A stretch of DNA of 64,000 bases from Methanotrichaceae archaeon (GTDB taxonomy: Archaea; Halobacteriota; Methanosarcinia; Methanotrichales; Methanotrichaceae): NCBI GenBank assembly GCA_963813075.1, contig CAWEXU010000031.1, positions 96,001-160,000 of the forward strand, read 5' to 3'. Below, piece after piece: positions 1-10,148 of this stretch; position 1 is the first letter of the stretch, and each line of letters starts with the position of its first letter. Position numbers and translations under genes: made by a program. The notes beneath the pieces were generated by a model. That model searched no databases. It was not told the origin of the DNA and was given only the letters and a program-made list of their open reading frames with translations.

Positions 1-591
1 AGTTATATAGCCAATCTCCTTCTTGCCAGCCCTCCCTCCAGCTTCGAGATAGCCATGGGAGTCTCGTTGGGCAAATTGCCGATAACCATGAAGACCGAAA
101 GCGGCTGGACGATCAAGGTCCTTGCCGATGCCTATACAGAGGACGAGACCATCGTTCCCAAGGGCAAGGCAAAGACATTCATAAAACTGCCCAAGATGCT
201 GGTCAGGTGGACCTCAAGATCCGGCAAGGCAGAGAACATCCGGGTGGATAAGACATTCTTTATACAGACGGTATACGGCAGCGGGACGGGCCGGACATCA
301 CCCTCCGGATATGGCAGGGGCACAACGGAAGAGGACATAAAGAGTGAGAGAACGACGCTTGCCCATCATGAAGGTTCCCATGCGATGGATCTGGTGGATT
401 TCCTGATGAAAAACCCGCCGCCCAGGTTTGGCGGGAGAGGGGGCATGGAAATATCGAGCGCGCAGGAGGAAGGGCGAAAGTACAGGGCAGCTCTTGACGA
501 TTACATAGAAAATGCCCTGGAGTACAGTTCGAAAATAACGGACTGTGTGGGTGCCGAATCGGGTCTGCCTATTTGCAGGCAATCTCCCTGA
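1..591 (+). CDS. C-terminal part of a probable DUF4157-array effector with an HExxH zinc-metallopeptidase-like motif (5' end outside window)
   Basis: Frame is open from base 1; contains TLAHHEGSHAMD; first of four co-oriented genes in the array. Confidence 0.5.
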   Translation, partial: SYIANLLLASPPSSFEIAMGVSLGKLPITMKTESGWTIKVLADAYTEDETIVPKGKAKTFIKLPKMLVRWTSRSGKAENIRVDKTFFIQTVYGSGTGRTSPSGYGRGTTEEDIKSERTTLAHHEGSHAMDLVDFLMKNPPPRFGGRGGMEISSAQEEGRKYRAALDDYIENALEYSSKITDCVGAESGLPICRQSP

Positions 592-645
592 TGTTGCTCA
601 TAGGATTATGCAGAAATGCAGAATCGATAAGGAGGTTTAAAGAAG

Positions 646-1881
646 ATGAGTCAGCTTACAGCTGCGGCTGCACAAAAGCAGAGCACGCTGCGTTCGTCAG
701 GCATTCTGCTGCGCAAATGCGGCAAGAAGAAGCCGGCCTTGCAGCGGTCCAAGACCGGATCAACCTCAGAGGCAGTGCTGGCAGTGCCTGGAAAACAGCT
801 TTCCAGTGCGTCGGCAGGTACAATTGAATCGGCGTTTGTGGATCCTCGCTTTGCTTATGAATTCAGCCAGATGTCGATATATCCCGGACCCCGGCCAAGA
901 ATCCAGGCAAAGCTCAGAGTAAACGCCCCTGGTGATATCTATGAACAGGAGGCGGACCGGATAGCAGATCAGGTATCAGCTGCACCGGCAAATATCGGAT
1001 TAAGCTGCAGGCCACCATGCATCCAGCGTTTCTCGGGACAGCCAACCGGGCGGGCTGAGATGGTGGCGCCGCCGAGCGTGGACCGGGCGCTGGCCAGCTC
1101 AGGCAGGCCGCTGGAGCCGGGACTGAGGCAGGAGATGGAGGGGCGTTTCGGGCACGACTTCTCCCGGGTAAGGGTGCATTCCGGTTCGGAGGCGGAGCAG
1201 TCGGCGCAGGAGGTGAATGCCTATGCGTTTACTGTCGGACATGATGTAGTCTTTGGCCCGGGTCAATTCTCTCCAGAGACTCGTGGAGGGCGGCGGCTGA
1301 TCGCCCACGAATTGGCACATGTGGTCCAGCAGGAAACGGGCCTCAGAAGTAATCTTGTTCAGAGATATTCCGGATGCTCCGCCAGCCAAGATACAATCGT
1401 CACCGATGATCATAAAAGAGCCCGGAGTATGTTATCGAATGCTATCGCCGCGGTCAGCTCATACAATGGGACGACGCCAGCCAAGGTGTTCAATGCCTTA
1501 TCAACGCATTTTCATGGCTCCACGAGCAACGCCTTTGCCACCTGGATCAATGTAAATTTGCGGTTCCTTTGGGCGGTGACATGGATGGCGGGATACGACT
1601 GTTACACTGGAGGTCTTTTTGAAGGCACGTGGGCATGTGGACCCAGTGCTCTTGCCACCACCTTCTGGTGCGTGCCAGGAGTGAACATAAGGCTGTGCCC
1701 GTCTTACTTTGGCCAGGGCCCGACAGAGCGATCGACGACACTGATCCATGAGTGGGTGCATAAGTATGGCTGCAATTTCGACCTGGGCTACGAAGGCGAG
1801 GCTGAGTATCCCCAAAACATGACCTTAACCCAGCTATTGAATGCTGATTCTTTTTCAAGCTTCATTCGGGATGTACAGTGA
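646..1881 (+). CDS. DUF4157 (eCIS core) protein with C-terminal M35/aspzincin-like metalloendopeptidase
   Basis: IQAKLRVNAPGDIYEQEADR leader; FGHDFSRVRVH...AYAFTVGHDVVF...LIAHELAHVVQQ; tip TLIHEWVH...DLGY...LNADSF. Confidence 0.85.
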   Translation: MSQLTAAAAQKQSTLRSSGILLRKCGKKKPALQRSKTGSTSEAVLAVPGKQLSSASAGTIESAFVDPRFAYEFSQMSIYPGPRPRIQAKLRVNAPGDIYEQEADRIADQVSAAPANIGLSCRPPCIQRFSGQPTGRAEMVAPPSVDRALASSGRPLEPGLRQEMEGRFGHDFSRVRVHSGSEAEQSAQEVNAYAFTVGHDVVFGPGQFSPETRGGRRLIAHELAHVVQQETGLRSNLVQRYSGCSASQDTIVTDDHKRARSMLSNAIAAVSSYNGTTPAKVFNALSTHFHGSTSNAFATWINVNLRFLWAVTWMAGYDCYTGGLFEGTWACGPSALATTFWCVPGVNIRLCPSYFGQGPTERSTTLIHEWVHKYGCNFDLGYEGEAEYPQNMTLTQLLNADSFSSFIRDVQ

Positions 1882-1929
1882 TCACTGAGGGGCATACCCC
1901 ATTTCATTCAGCACAGGAGGTTTGGATGG

Positions 1930-4900
1930 ATGAGTCAAAGAGCATTTGTTCAATCTGATTGTCAGGGTCAGAGCGAACCGCCGGTAAGTGGGGTCCTTCA
2001 GCGAAAATGCAGCAAAAGCCGCAAAAAGTCAATCCTTCAGCATATAAAGCCCGGCAATGCTGCGTTAGCTTTGCCAGTAGTCCCTGAAAGACAGAATTCG
2101 CCTGCGGCAAATGCAGCAACACCCATCCATCCAGAACCTTGCTTCTCTTATGATTTCAGCCGGATCCAGGTGCATTCCCGATCGCCTGCAAGAATCCAGG
2201 CAAAGCTTGCGGTGAATACTCCAGGAGATAGCTATGAACAGGAAGCGGACAGGATTGCAGATAAGGTGATGGCGATTCCGAGGCAGGCCGTCAGATCAGC
2301 ACCACTGCAGATCCAGCGCTTTGCAGGAGAATCGACAGGGCAGACTGTTGAGGCACCAGCAAGCGTGGATAGAGCGCTGGCCAGCTCCGGCAGGTCGCTC
2401 CCTGCGGCGCTGCAGCATGATATGGAGGGGCGTTTCGGACACGACTTTTCCAAGGTGCGAGTGCATACCGACGATGCTGCCGACCAATCGGTGCGGGACG
2501 TGAACGCCCATGCCTATACCGTGGGACACGATATTGTATTCGGTGCGGGTCGATTCGCGCCGGGGGCGCGCCGAGGGGCGACGGTTGATTGCGCATGAAT
2601 TGACTCATGTACGGCAGCAATTAACCGGGCAGACCACGAAAGAAGTTGTTCAACGGAGCCCTGATAAAGACGACTGGAGTATCTTCGAGTCTACCTTCGC
2701 CGGCGAGCCAAGATTTGTCTTTTGGGCCAAGCGCCACGGCAAACCCCCTGCTACCCACGGCGAAGAGCTTAGGCTACTCGACCAATACAAAGAAGCAATG
2801 AGAATCAATCCGAAGGGCGTGCTGGAAGAATACGACCGGGCACTGCTGGAAAAAGACAGGAGCGAGATCGAGAAGCGGCGACAAGCGGCACGCGCCGCGG
2901 AAGCTCGTGCAGCAGAGGTCAAACCTGTGCTCGGGCAAAAGCAACGTGAGCAGGCACGGTATCGGAATAGGGATCGGCTCTATACAGCGATCCAGAAAGC
3001 GTGGGAGGAGCGCCGGAGATATGCAGACGCAGAGGTGTTAAACCAAGCAAAGTCTCTCGTCGCTCATCGGATTCCACTCCCAAAAGCATTACGCCTCGGT
3101 CTGCACTGGAAATCTGACCAGCAGCGTTGGGTCTTTATTTATTATTACTATCATGAATCCATCAAAGTCCGTCCGGAATCTTTCGAGAACCCGTCTGCTG
3201 ATGACGCTGAACTGCTGCGGTATGCGGTTCTAGCAGAATTAGACTATCTGGAAACGTCTACAAAGGAGGCTGAGGCGGCCGAGCTCGCTCAATATCGTAA
3301 GGGAATACCCAGAGCAGCACTGACCGAGCGGATCAAAAAGGAGGCTGCGGCCCGGCCGATGAACCCGCTGGAGGATTTTGAACCGGGTATATGCGACTAT
3401 TTTGCATATTCGGCGAAGCCGCAATCGGTTGATGTCGATATCGTCGGCGGTGACTTCGACGCTGAGAACCTTATGATTAAATACTCAGACGGTAAGGAGT
3501 TGGATATTCCGCTGGACGACAGGTTATTCTTTTACAACAAACCGCTTGATCCAAAAATAGTATTAAAGATCTTTACCCGTCGCCACAAGAAATCGCAACG
3601 TTTAATTCCATTCGTTATCTATGAAAACACCCTCGGCGTAGACTTGGATGTACTGTCAGAAGAGGATCTGGCTTTGATGGGCTGGCCACGTTTTGATCCG
3701 GCACTGACTCCATATATTATGTACTTCCGTTCACCCGAATTTGCGATGCGCAAAGTCACCCTTGGCGCACTTCAGGTTGCCTCGCTTCACGCTAGTGGGC
3801 TCGGACTTAGGCAGCTTGGAGTGCCACTTGCTTCGAGCGCGATGAAGACCGGGGGTACACTCCTTACGGGAGCAGCGAGGCTCGGCACGGCAGCGGCAGG
3901 GCAAATAAGAGTTGCCGTGAGCACTTATGGGTATTCGAGCGTCGCAGCCACCTATTTGGGCAGATCGGCCTACACATTCTACCTGGCCAAAGCGGTCGAA
4001 ATCAACACGCTTGGTCTCATGGGAGCCGAGATAGCGTTTAGCCTGGCCGGCCAAGACATGGGCATCGTTTCCCCTGGCGACGAGGTGAGCATGGTGGTCG
4101 CTGAGGCGAAAGCCGCCGCTAGAGGCGTTAAGGAATGGAAGCTGATCGAAGCCGAAGTGCAAGAGGTGAAAGTCGCCGGCAAGCAGGCGAGACTTCGCAT
4201 CACCAATGTCGCCAATATCGCGGAAAAAACGGCTAAGGCCGAATATGACCTGGGCAAGAAGCTGAAGTTGACAGGAAAAGAGGTGCTTGCTTCGGAACCC
4301 GTGAGCGGCAATCACACGGTGAATGCGACACGCAAAGGAATAACACTCTGCTCTCCTGATCCATGCCCATTGGTGAAGAATGTCTACAAAAAGGAGCTAA
4401 CTCCGGCACTGAAGGAGCGGCTGCTACATGCTGAAAACAACCGTCTAGTTGATCCGCGCGCGGCTGCAGCGGAAGCCGCGGATGTCAGAGAGGAACTGGA
4501 ACTTGCTCGACAGTATGCCTCGGGCGGGATTACTCGCGATCGCCGCACGGTGACACAGTACCAGAGAGATCTCGCCCGTCGTGGTCTCTGGGGAGAAAGT
4601 CGCATAGGGACGATTGCGAAACGTAAATTGGCGCGAGATATTGAGAGAGTGCTGCCTCCAACCACATCTGTCGAATTGGTTGCGGTTGAGGGTTCAGAAG
4701 CCGGACTGGCGCAGGGGCGTGCGGCCGCACGCCAAGGCACGATTGTCAATCTCGAAGTCGAACCACGGATTGATTTACCCAATGCAGTGCGAAAGAAGGC
4801 CGGACTCTACGTTCCTGGGCCCGGTGAACCGCGCATCAAAGGAAGCTTCAAACCTGACGATATCGAGTTTTTAGGCGGCGACTCTTACCGGTTCAAGGAC

Positions 4901-5125
4901 CATAAGGAAGTGGATACTATTTGGAAAGAGTCGTATTATTCATCGGACAAAGCCCGTGATAAGCTTCGCGAATTGCTCTTTCGTGACCTCGAGATCGCCC
5001 GGGCGCTACAGCCCAACTGCAAAGGTTTCGCGTTTACAACCAATAGCAAGGAACTCAAGCTATTGCTCGCAGAGCTGATCGGCGATCTACCTAAAGAGGC
5101 CAGAGCGCTGCTGCATACCCCATAA
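1930..5125 (+). CDS. Large DUF4157 protein (frameshift ~2575) with C-terminal putative PD-(D/E)xK nuclease tip
   Basis: ORF 1930..2598 carries LQRKC, the EQEADR leader and FGHDFSKVRVH; ORF 2510..5125 resumes at GRRLIAHELTHVRQQ; tip FKPDDIEF...RFKDHK. Confidence 0.8.
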
Positions 5126-5288
5126 ATTATTAAAATGAGCCAGGATCAACCCCGACGCCGCCCAGTTCGGCATAAATCTCAGCTCGCCGCCCTGGAGACA
5201 CTGGTCTACCCTCCGAGCAGACTCCTCCAGGAGAACAACCGCCTGGCTGGTTTCGACACACTGGAGATCTTGCCCAGAGTCGTCTCTG

Positions 5289-5840
5289 ATGATATGGAGG
5301 ATCAAATCGGTGAACGAGCACGTCCATGCAGAACCTGGAAAAAAGCAGCCATCAGTAACTTCAGGCATCCTGCAGCGGAAGTGCTACAAATGCAAAAAGA
5401 AGAGGCCACTGCAGAGAAAAACCTCGCAGGAAAAGCTATCGGAGGCGCCACCCATAGCGCATGAGGTCCTGCGCTTGCCAGGACCGCCGCTTGATCCGGC
5501 AAACCGTGCGTTCACGGAGCCGGGGATTGGGCATGATTTTAGCCGGACTCCCCTACATCCTCCTGTTCGCGGAGTGATTCAGACCAAGCTGGCAATCAAC
5601 GCTCCTGGAGACAAATATGAGCAGGAGGCGGACCGGATCGATGTAGACGCAGAGCATGTTTGGGATTTGAAACTTCTGGGACTCAAATACTATCGCTTCG
5701 ATAACCTCTGGCCTGCCAGCAACCAGGAACAGCAGCTTGCCGGTGGGCAACACGAGCGCCAAATTCGGAACTACCGGGAGGTCATTGATCGAGGGGATCC
5801 GATGACAGTGCTGGCCCATTGGAGGAGCGCTGGTTCGTAA
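5289..5840 (+). pseudogene. Internally deleted DUF4157-array member: conserved leader fused to an HNH-like toxin fragment
   Basis: LQRKC and IQTKLAINAPGDKYEQEADRI join directly to DVDAEHVWDLKLLG...DNLWP; the DUF4157 core is absent. Confidence 0.6.
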
Positions 5841-5981
5841 TCACCCGCGTCCTTCACCCTGCGCTCGGTGAATGATAGCCTTTGACAGAGACAATGCTTT
5901 CATAGTCGCTGCCCCCCCAAAACAGTGTCCAGGTCTCAGGGAGGGCAACGGTCTATGGAAGGTCGTTATCTCAAACCGGTT

Positions 5982-7019
5982 TCAGGATATGACTCCAAGT
6001 ACCTTCAGGGGGTGGACCCCGGCACCCTGAAGGGCGATCAGCTCATCATTATTCGCGAGGCTGAACTCCTTTATGGTGGAGACGAACTCTTCAGGAGAGT
6101 CAGCGGCGTCCATCAGGACAAAATCCTCCTTCAGCCTGTTAGCCCAGCTCGGCAAGGTGTCTTTGTCGCTCATGTTTTCGGCCTTGGTAAAGTTGAACCC
6201 GAGGACCTGGCCCTCACCAGAATTGGACGATGCATCCCAGCGGATGAATATCCCCGCGACTCTGGTGCCGTTATACTTCTCCGTCAGAACGCTCGTCTCG
6301 TCTGCAGTGAGGTATTTGACGAAGATGCCGCTCTTTCCAGGAGTGCAGTCCCAAGCGATCTGGAAGTAATCATCCTTGCACCAGTTGGGACAGGCTATCA
6401 CCTTGTAGCTCTGGTTAGAGGGGTCCTCGATGGGGAGCTCTTTTTCCATGTACCTCGCGAGCAGGAAGCCGCTGGAGACTCCAGGGCAAAGGTGGTCATG
6501 GAACTGGACCGCCTTCATGAAGACCGGTGGGGTTTTCTCATGGGCCCAGAGGTTGGCTACGGGCAGTATGTGGCTGAAGTTGCCCGGCTCCCAGGTCTCG
6601 ACGTTGGCGAGGACTGTCTTGGCGTCGATCTTATCCTTATCCTGGATCTCGAAGCCGGAGGCGTCAGCGTTCGCCTTCATGTAAACCGCCTCTCCGGTGT
6701 TCTTGTTGAAGAAGCCGAACCAGAGGGGCTTCCAGGGTGCGCTCAAGATGTTGACCAGGTTCTCCTTTCCAGGAGTGCAGCCGGAGACCTCCATCACGGC
6801 ATCAAGGCACATATCGGTCGTCTGGCCGTCGATCACCGGGTATCCGGCGTTGGTAATGGCCAGGATGTTCACATCTCCCTTCTCAAACCCCAGCTCAGTC
6901 ATGGCATAGTCCGTTGCATTCGCGCCGAGCTGGTACATGTCTACCCCTTCAGCCAGGGTAATTCCCGGTACCAGGGCCAAAAGAAGCAGAGCAGTTGCTA
7001 CAAATTTATCTATTTTCAT
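5982..7019 (-). CDS. Secreted FmdE-family protein
   Basis: Signal peptide; FHDHLCPGVSSG, WCKDD and CTPGK motifs. Confidence 0.8.
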   Translation of the reverse strand: MKIDKFVATALLLLALVPGITLAEGVDMYQLGANATDYAMTELGFEKGDVNILAITNAGYPVIDGQTTDMCLDAVMEVSGCTPGKENLVNILSAPWKPLWFGFFNKNTGEAVYMKANADASGFEIQDKDKIDAKTVLANVETWEPGNFSHILPVANLWAHEKTPPVFMKAVQFHDHLCPGVSSGFLLARYMEKELPIEDPSNQSYKVIACPNWCKDDYFQIAWDCTPGKSGIFVKYLTADETSVLTEKYNGTRVAGIFIRWDASSNSGEGQVLGFNFTKAENMSDKDTLPSWANRLKEDFVLMDAADSPEEFVSTIKEFSLANNDELIALQGAGVHPLKVLGVIS

Positions 7020-7389
7020 TTTATCTCCTCATCTTCGGTACAGTGATTGCAATCTGCGAATAGTAGCAGACATGGAGAGGTTAATCCAAATAGTTTATAA
7101 CTTTTTCGCTAAAATTCATACTATATACGAATGAATGAGATAAATCTATTGCAATATTTCAGCGCTTAAATGAAGAAGAGACATAAAAGAGAATTATCGC
7201 GTCGAGATAATGATGAAAGGATGGTGATGAAAGGATGGTGATTGCAGGCCTATAAGCACAAATAAGAGAGAATTAGCAGCCCCAGATTTGCCCATAGAAA
7301 CGTCCATGAGCCCAGGCAGGAGCTCACAAGCGACCGATGGAAAACGAGATCAATCGATATCAAAAATTTAGTGTTGATCAGATCATCCC

Positions 7390-7654
7390 TTATATACCGT
7401 ATCCTTGGGGCGGACGAACTGCATCCCCCGAGCCCACAATGCACAGAAGCATGGCCTTCTCGAAGTCCATCCCCTTCTCCAGAGAAAAGAATCGGTCATC
7501 AGCCTCCAGGTGGACCACCCGGCCAATGATAAGCACATACTTCTCCCTGGCACATTGATCACAAACTCCCCCGTCTGGCGGATGTTTTCCAGGGTGCGGC
7601 ATTTCGCACCCCGTCTCTGGAGATGGTGGATAAGAGCACTACCGGCAGAGGCAT
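7390..7654 (-). pseudogene. Flavin reductase-like protein remnant with internal deletions
   Basis: MPLPVVLLSTISRDGVRNAAPW, then TLENIRQTGEFVINVP, then REKYVLIIGRVVHLE in shifting frames. Confidence 0.7.
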
Positions 7655-7675
7655 GACCTGGGATCTTTTATTGGG

Positions 7676-7807
7676 TTACAGACCGAAGTTGGACTCGTCG
7701 GTGTCCACCACCAGCACCTTTTCACCTCTTGATGCCATCTGTTGGGCGATAAGAGCGGAGACGGTGCTCTTTCCGCTTCCGCCTTTGCCGCAGATCACAA
7801 ATTTCAT
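7676..7807 (-). pseudogene. Truncated CooC/MinD-type P-loop ATPase (43 aa)
   Basis: MKFVICGKGGSGKSTVSALIAQQMASRGEKVLVVDTDESNFGL then stop. Confidence 0.75.
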
Positions 7808-7822
7808 TTTTATTCACAACCT

Positions 7823-9460
7823 TCAGTTGACAAATATCTGCTTGTTCAGTGCCAGGGGAACGCCATTGGCGATTCCATGCCTGGTGAAATACATATCCAC
7901 TGTGCCGTCGTGCGCCCAGTAGGTGTCGGCATAATAAAGGGGAAGAACCGGCAATTCCAGGGCATGGATCACCTGAATCTGATCGATCAGATCCTCACGT
8001 TTCTGCTCGTCGATCTCAGCAACCTCCTGATCCAGCAGCTCATTGAGATCCGAGTTCTCTGTGAAGCGGGCGCTGTTGAATGTGTATCCCTCGCCGGTCA
8101 TCCTCTTCAGGATCTCAGGGTCTGCACCCATTCCGCCGTGGCTGTTCAAAGCCAGATCGAACTTCCATTCAGAAACCAGGCTGTCAAGGGTCTTGGAATC
8201 CACTGTGCGAAGGCTTATCAAAAAGCCGGCCTGCTCAAGCTGCTGGCGTATCAGCTCTCCTGCCCGCTCGTTGAGCGAGGTGACGAGCATCTCCAGCTTG
8301 ACCGGACTGCCATCTCTGGAGAAGTAGCCGTCCACTTTGCTGTAGCCAAGCTCTGTCATCAGCTCCTCTGTCATAGCCTGGTCGTAGTCATACTGCTCTA
8401 CATCGGGGTTATACCAGTCGTTATCCACAGCGAAGAGGCCGGGGCTGGCCAGGACTCCGTAGCCGCGGGCGGCATTGTCCATTAGCGCCTGGCGGTCGAT
8501 GGCATAGTAAAGGGCCTGCCGGAATTGGGAATCAGATAGAGGCTCCTTCTTGTGATTGACCATGACCTTGGTGATCGAGTCATGGGAGGAGAGCATCACT
8601 GTAAAACCCTCGTCCTCCAGATCCTCTACCACCTCCGGAGGCACGTTTGCCGCGTTCACATCCCCTTTCTCCAGGGCGGCAGCAGACATCTCCAGGTTAA
8701 CCTTGACGAACCTGAGCTGTTTCACCTTCGGGCTTCCCAGATAGTATTCGTCGTTGGCCTGATAGAGATAGCTTCCCTGGGACTGGTCATAGTCCACCAG
8801 CTGGAATGGACCGGTGCCCACAAGAGCAGCATCATCCCGGAACTCTGCCGGGTCGTCTACGTTCTCATATATGTGTTCAGGGATTATGGGCAGGGTCCCG
8901 GCAACCAGCTCCAGAAAAGGAGCATAAGGCTGGTTGAGGCTGATTTTGACTGTATGGTCGTCGAGCGCCTCTGCCGTCTTTATTATGTCGGAGGAGACCC
9001 AAACATAAGGATGCTCTTTGATGTAATCGATGGTGAAGACCACATCGTTGGCGCTGAACTTCTTGCCATCATGCCAGAGGACGTCGTCCCTCAGCTTGAA
9101 TGTATAAGCGTCATCTTCCTCCATCTCCCAGCTCTCGGCCAGAGCGGGGACGATGCCCTTTTCGTCCTTCCAGACCAATGTGTCGAAGATCAGGCTCATC
9201 CTGACGTATCCCGGGCCGCGCGAGTAATGGCCGTAGGGCGAGGGGTAGCCCCAGTCGCCGATATAGTCGGCAATGGTCAGCACCTCGACATCATCACCAC
9301 CGTTGCCACCTTCACTAACATCGCCACCATCACTACCTTCGCCTCCATCATCTGCCTGGGCGGTACAAAGTAATAAAAGCAGCAATCCAGCTGCGATAAA
9401 GCCGATCAATGGGAGACATCTCATCAGGATGGAACCCCTTGTTAACGATCCAATAGGCAT
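7823..9460 (-). CDS. ABC transporter substrate-binding protein, family 5 (nickel/peptide)
   Basis: Signal peptide; PALAESW, YTFKLRDDVLWHDG, VGTGPF, FRQALYYAIDR. Confidence 0.9.
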   Translation of the reverse strand: MPIGSLTRGSILMRCLPLIGFIAAGLLLLLLCTAQADDGGEGSDGGDVSEGGNGGDDVEVLTIADYIGDWGYPSPYGHYSRGPGYVRMSLIFDTLVWKDEKGIVPALAESWEMEEDDAYTFKLRDDVLWHDGKKFSANDVVFTIDYIKEHPYVWVSSDIIKTAEALDDHTVKISLNQPYAPFLELVAGTLPIIPEHIYENVDDPAEFRDDAALVGTGPFQLVDYDQSQGSYLYQANDEYYLGSPKVKQLRFVKVNLEMSAAALEKGDVNAANVPPEVVEDLEDEGFTVMLSSHDSITKVMVNHKKEPLSDSQFRQALYYAIDRQALMDNAARGYGVLASPGLFAVDNDWYNPDVEQYDYDQAMTEELMTELGYSKVDGYFSRDGSPVKLEMLVTSLNERAGELIRQQLEQAGFLISLRTVDSKTLDSLVSEWKFDLALNSHGGMGADPEILKRMTGEGYTFNSARFTENSDLNELLDQEVAEIDEQKREDLIDQIQVIHALELPVLPLYYADTYWAHDGTVDMYFTRHGIANGVPLALNKQIFVN

Positions 9461-9639
9461 TCAAATTTCACCTGTAAGAGAGAATATCGTATATTGTTTT
9501 AAGAACCTTTCCATTAATACTATGAAATATAATTTCTTGAGGAATTCTAGTAACACTGTTATAATGGACAAATTTGCAGAAAGCCCTGGCATTTTAGTCG
9601 ATGAGGAAAGATATTAACATCTATGATGACAATAGATGA

Positions 9640-10146
9640 TTGAGAGATATGCAGCAAAAGTTGACGGAAATCGCAGACCTGAAAAATATCGATCAGGAGA
9701 ATGCCAGGCGGCTGGAGTCGTGTCTTGATTCCCAGTTTGTCTCCTGTCCCATTCGGTATTTCAGAGCAAGAAAGGCGATATTTATCGCTGGCGCCTCCGA
9801 GCCTTTGTCAATAAGGATCTCGGGGTTTGGCCAGCCCTTTCTGGCGAAAGAGCTGATATGCTGCAACACCGACAACCCGGAAGACCTGGAGGTGAGCGTG
9901 GAGTGCTGCGACCTATTATTTCAGTCAACTAAAGATCCTGATATCCTCTATCTGAATGAGGGCACGACCTCAATCAGTGGGAAAAAGCATTCAGACCTTG
10001 ACCGGGAGCTGGATCAACCCGCTCAGCTCCTGAAGGCGCTGCCAAGAAGGGACCCGGATGTGGTGCAGATAGACGGGAGGGTATTCCGTCAGACGGGGAC
10101 GGTCTGCGTCCGAAGCGCCTTTTATCTCGTCATCCTGGAGCGGTAG
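9640..10146 (+). CDS. Hypothetical protein
   Basis: 168-aa ORF ending 2 bp before the next gene. Confidence 0.55.
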   Translation: MRDMQQKLTEIADLKNIDQENARRLESCLDSQFVSCPIRYFRARKAIFIAGASEPLSIRISGFGQPFLAKELICCNTDNPEDLEVSVECCDLLFQSTKDPDILYLNEGTTSISGKKHSDLDRELDQPAQLLKALPRRDPDVVQIDGRVFRQTGTVCVRSAFYLVILER

Positions 10147-10148
10147 CG

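Noticed and set aside
5135..5290. Immunity gene for the REase-like tip
   Set aside because: No discrete ORF or recognisable motif; the frame overlaps the next leader
5925..7046. Long antisense ORFs (also 29493..30950, 8552..9373, 25137..25880)
   Set aside because: Shadows of well-supported opposite-strand genes
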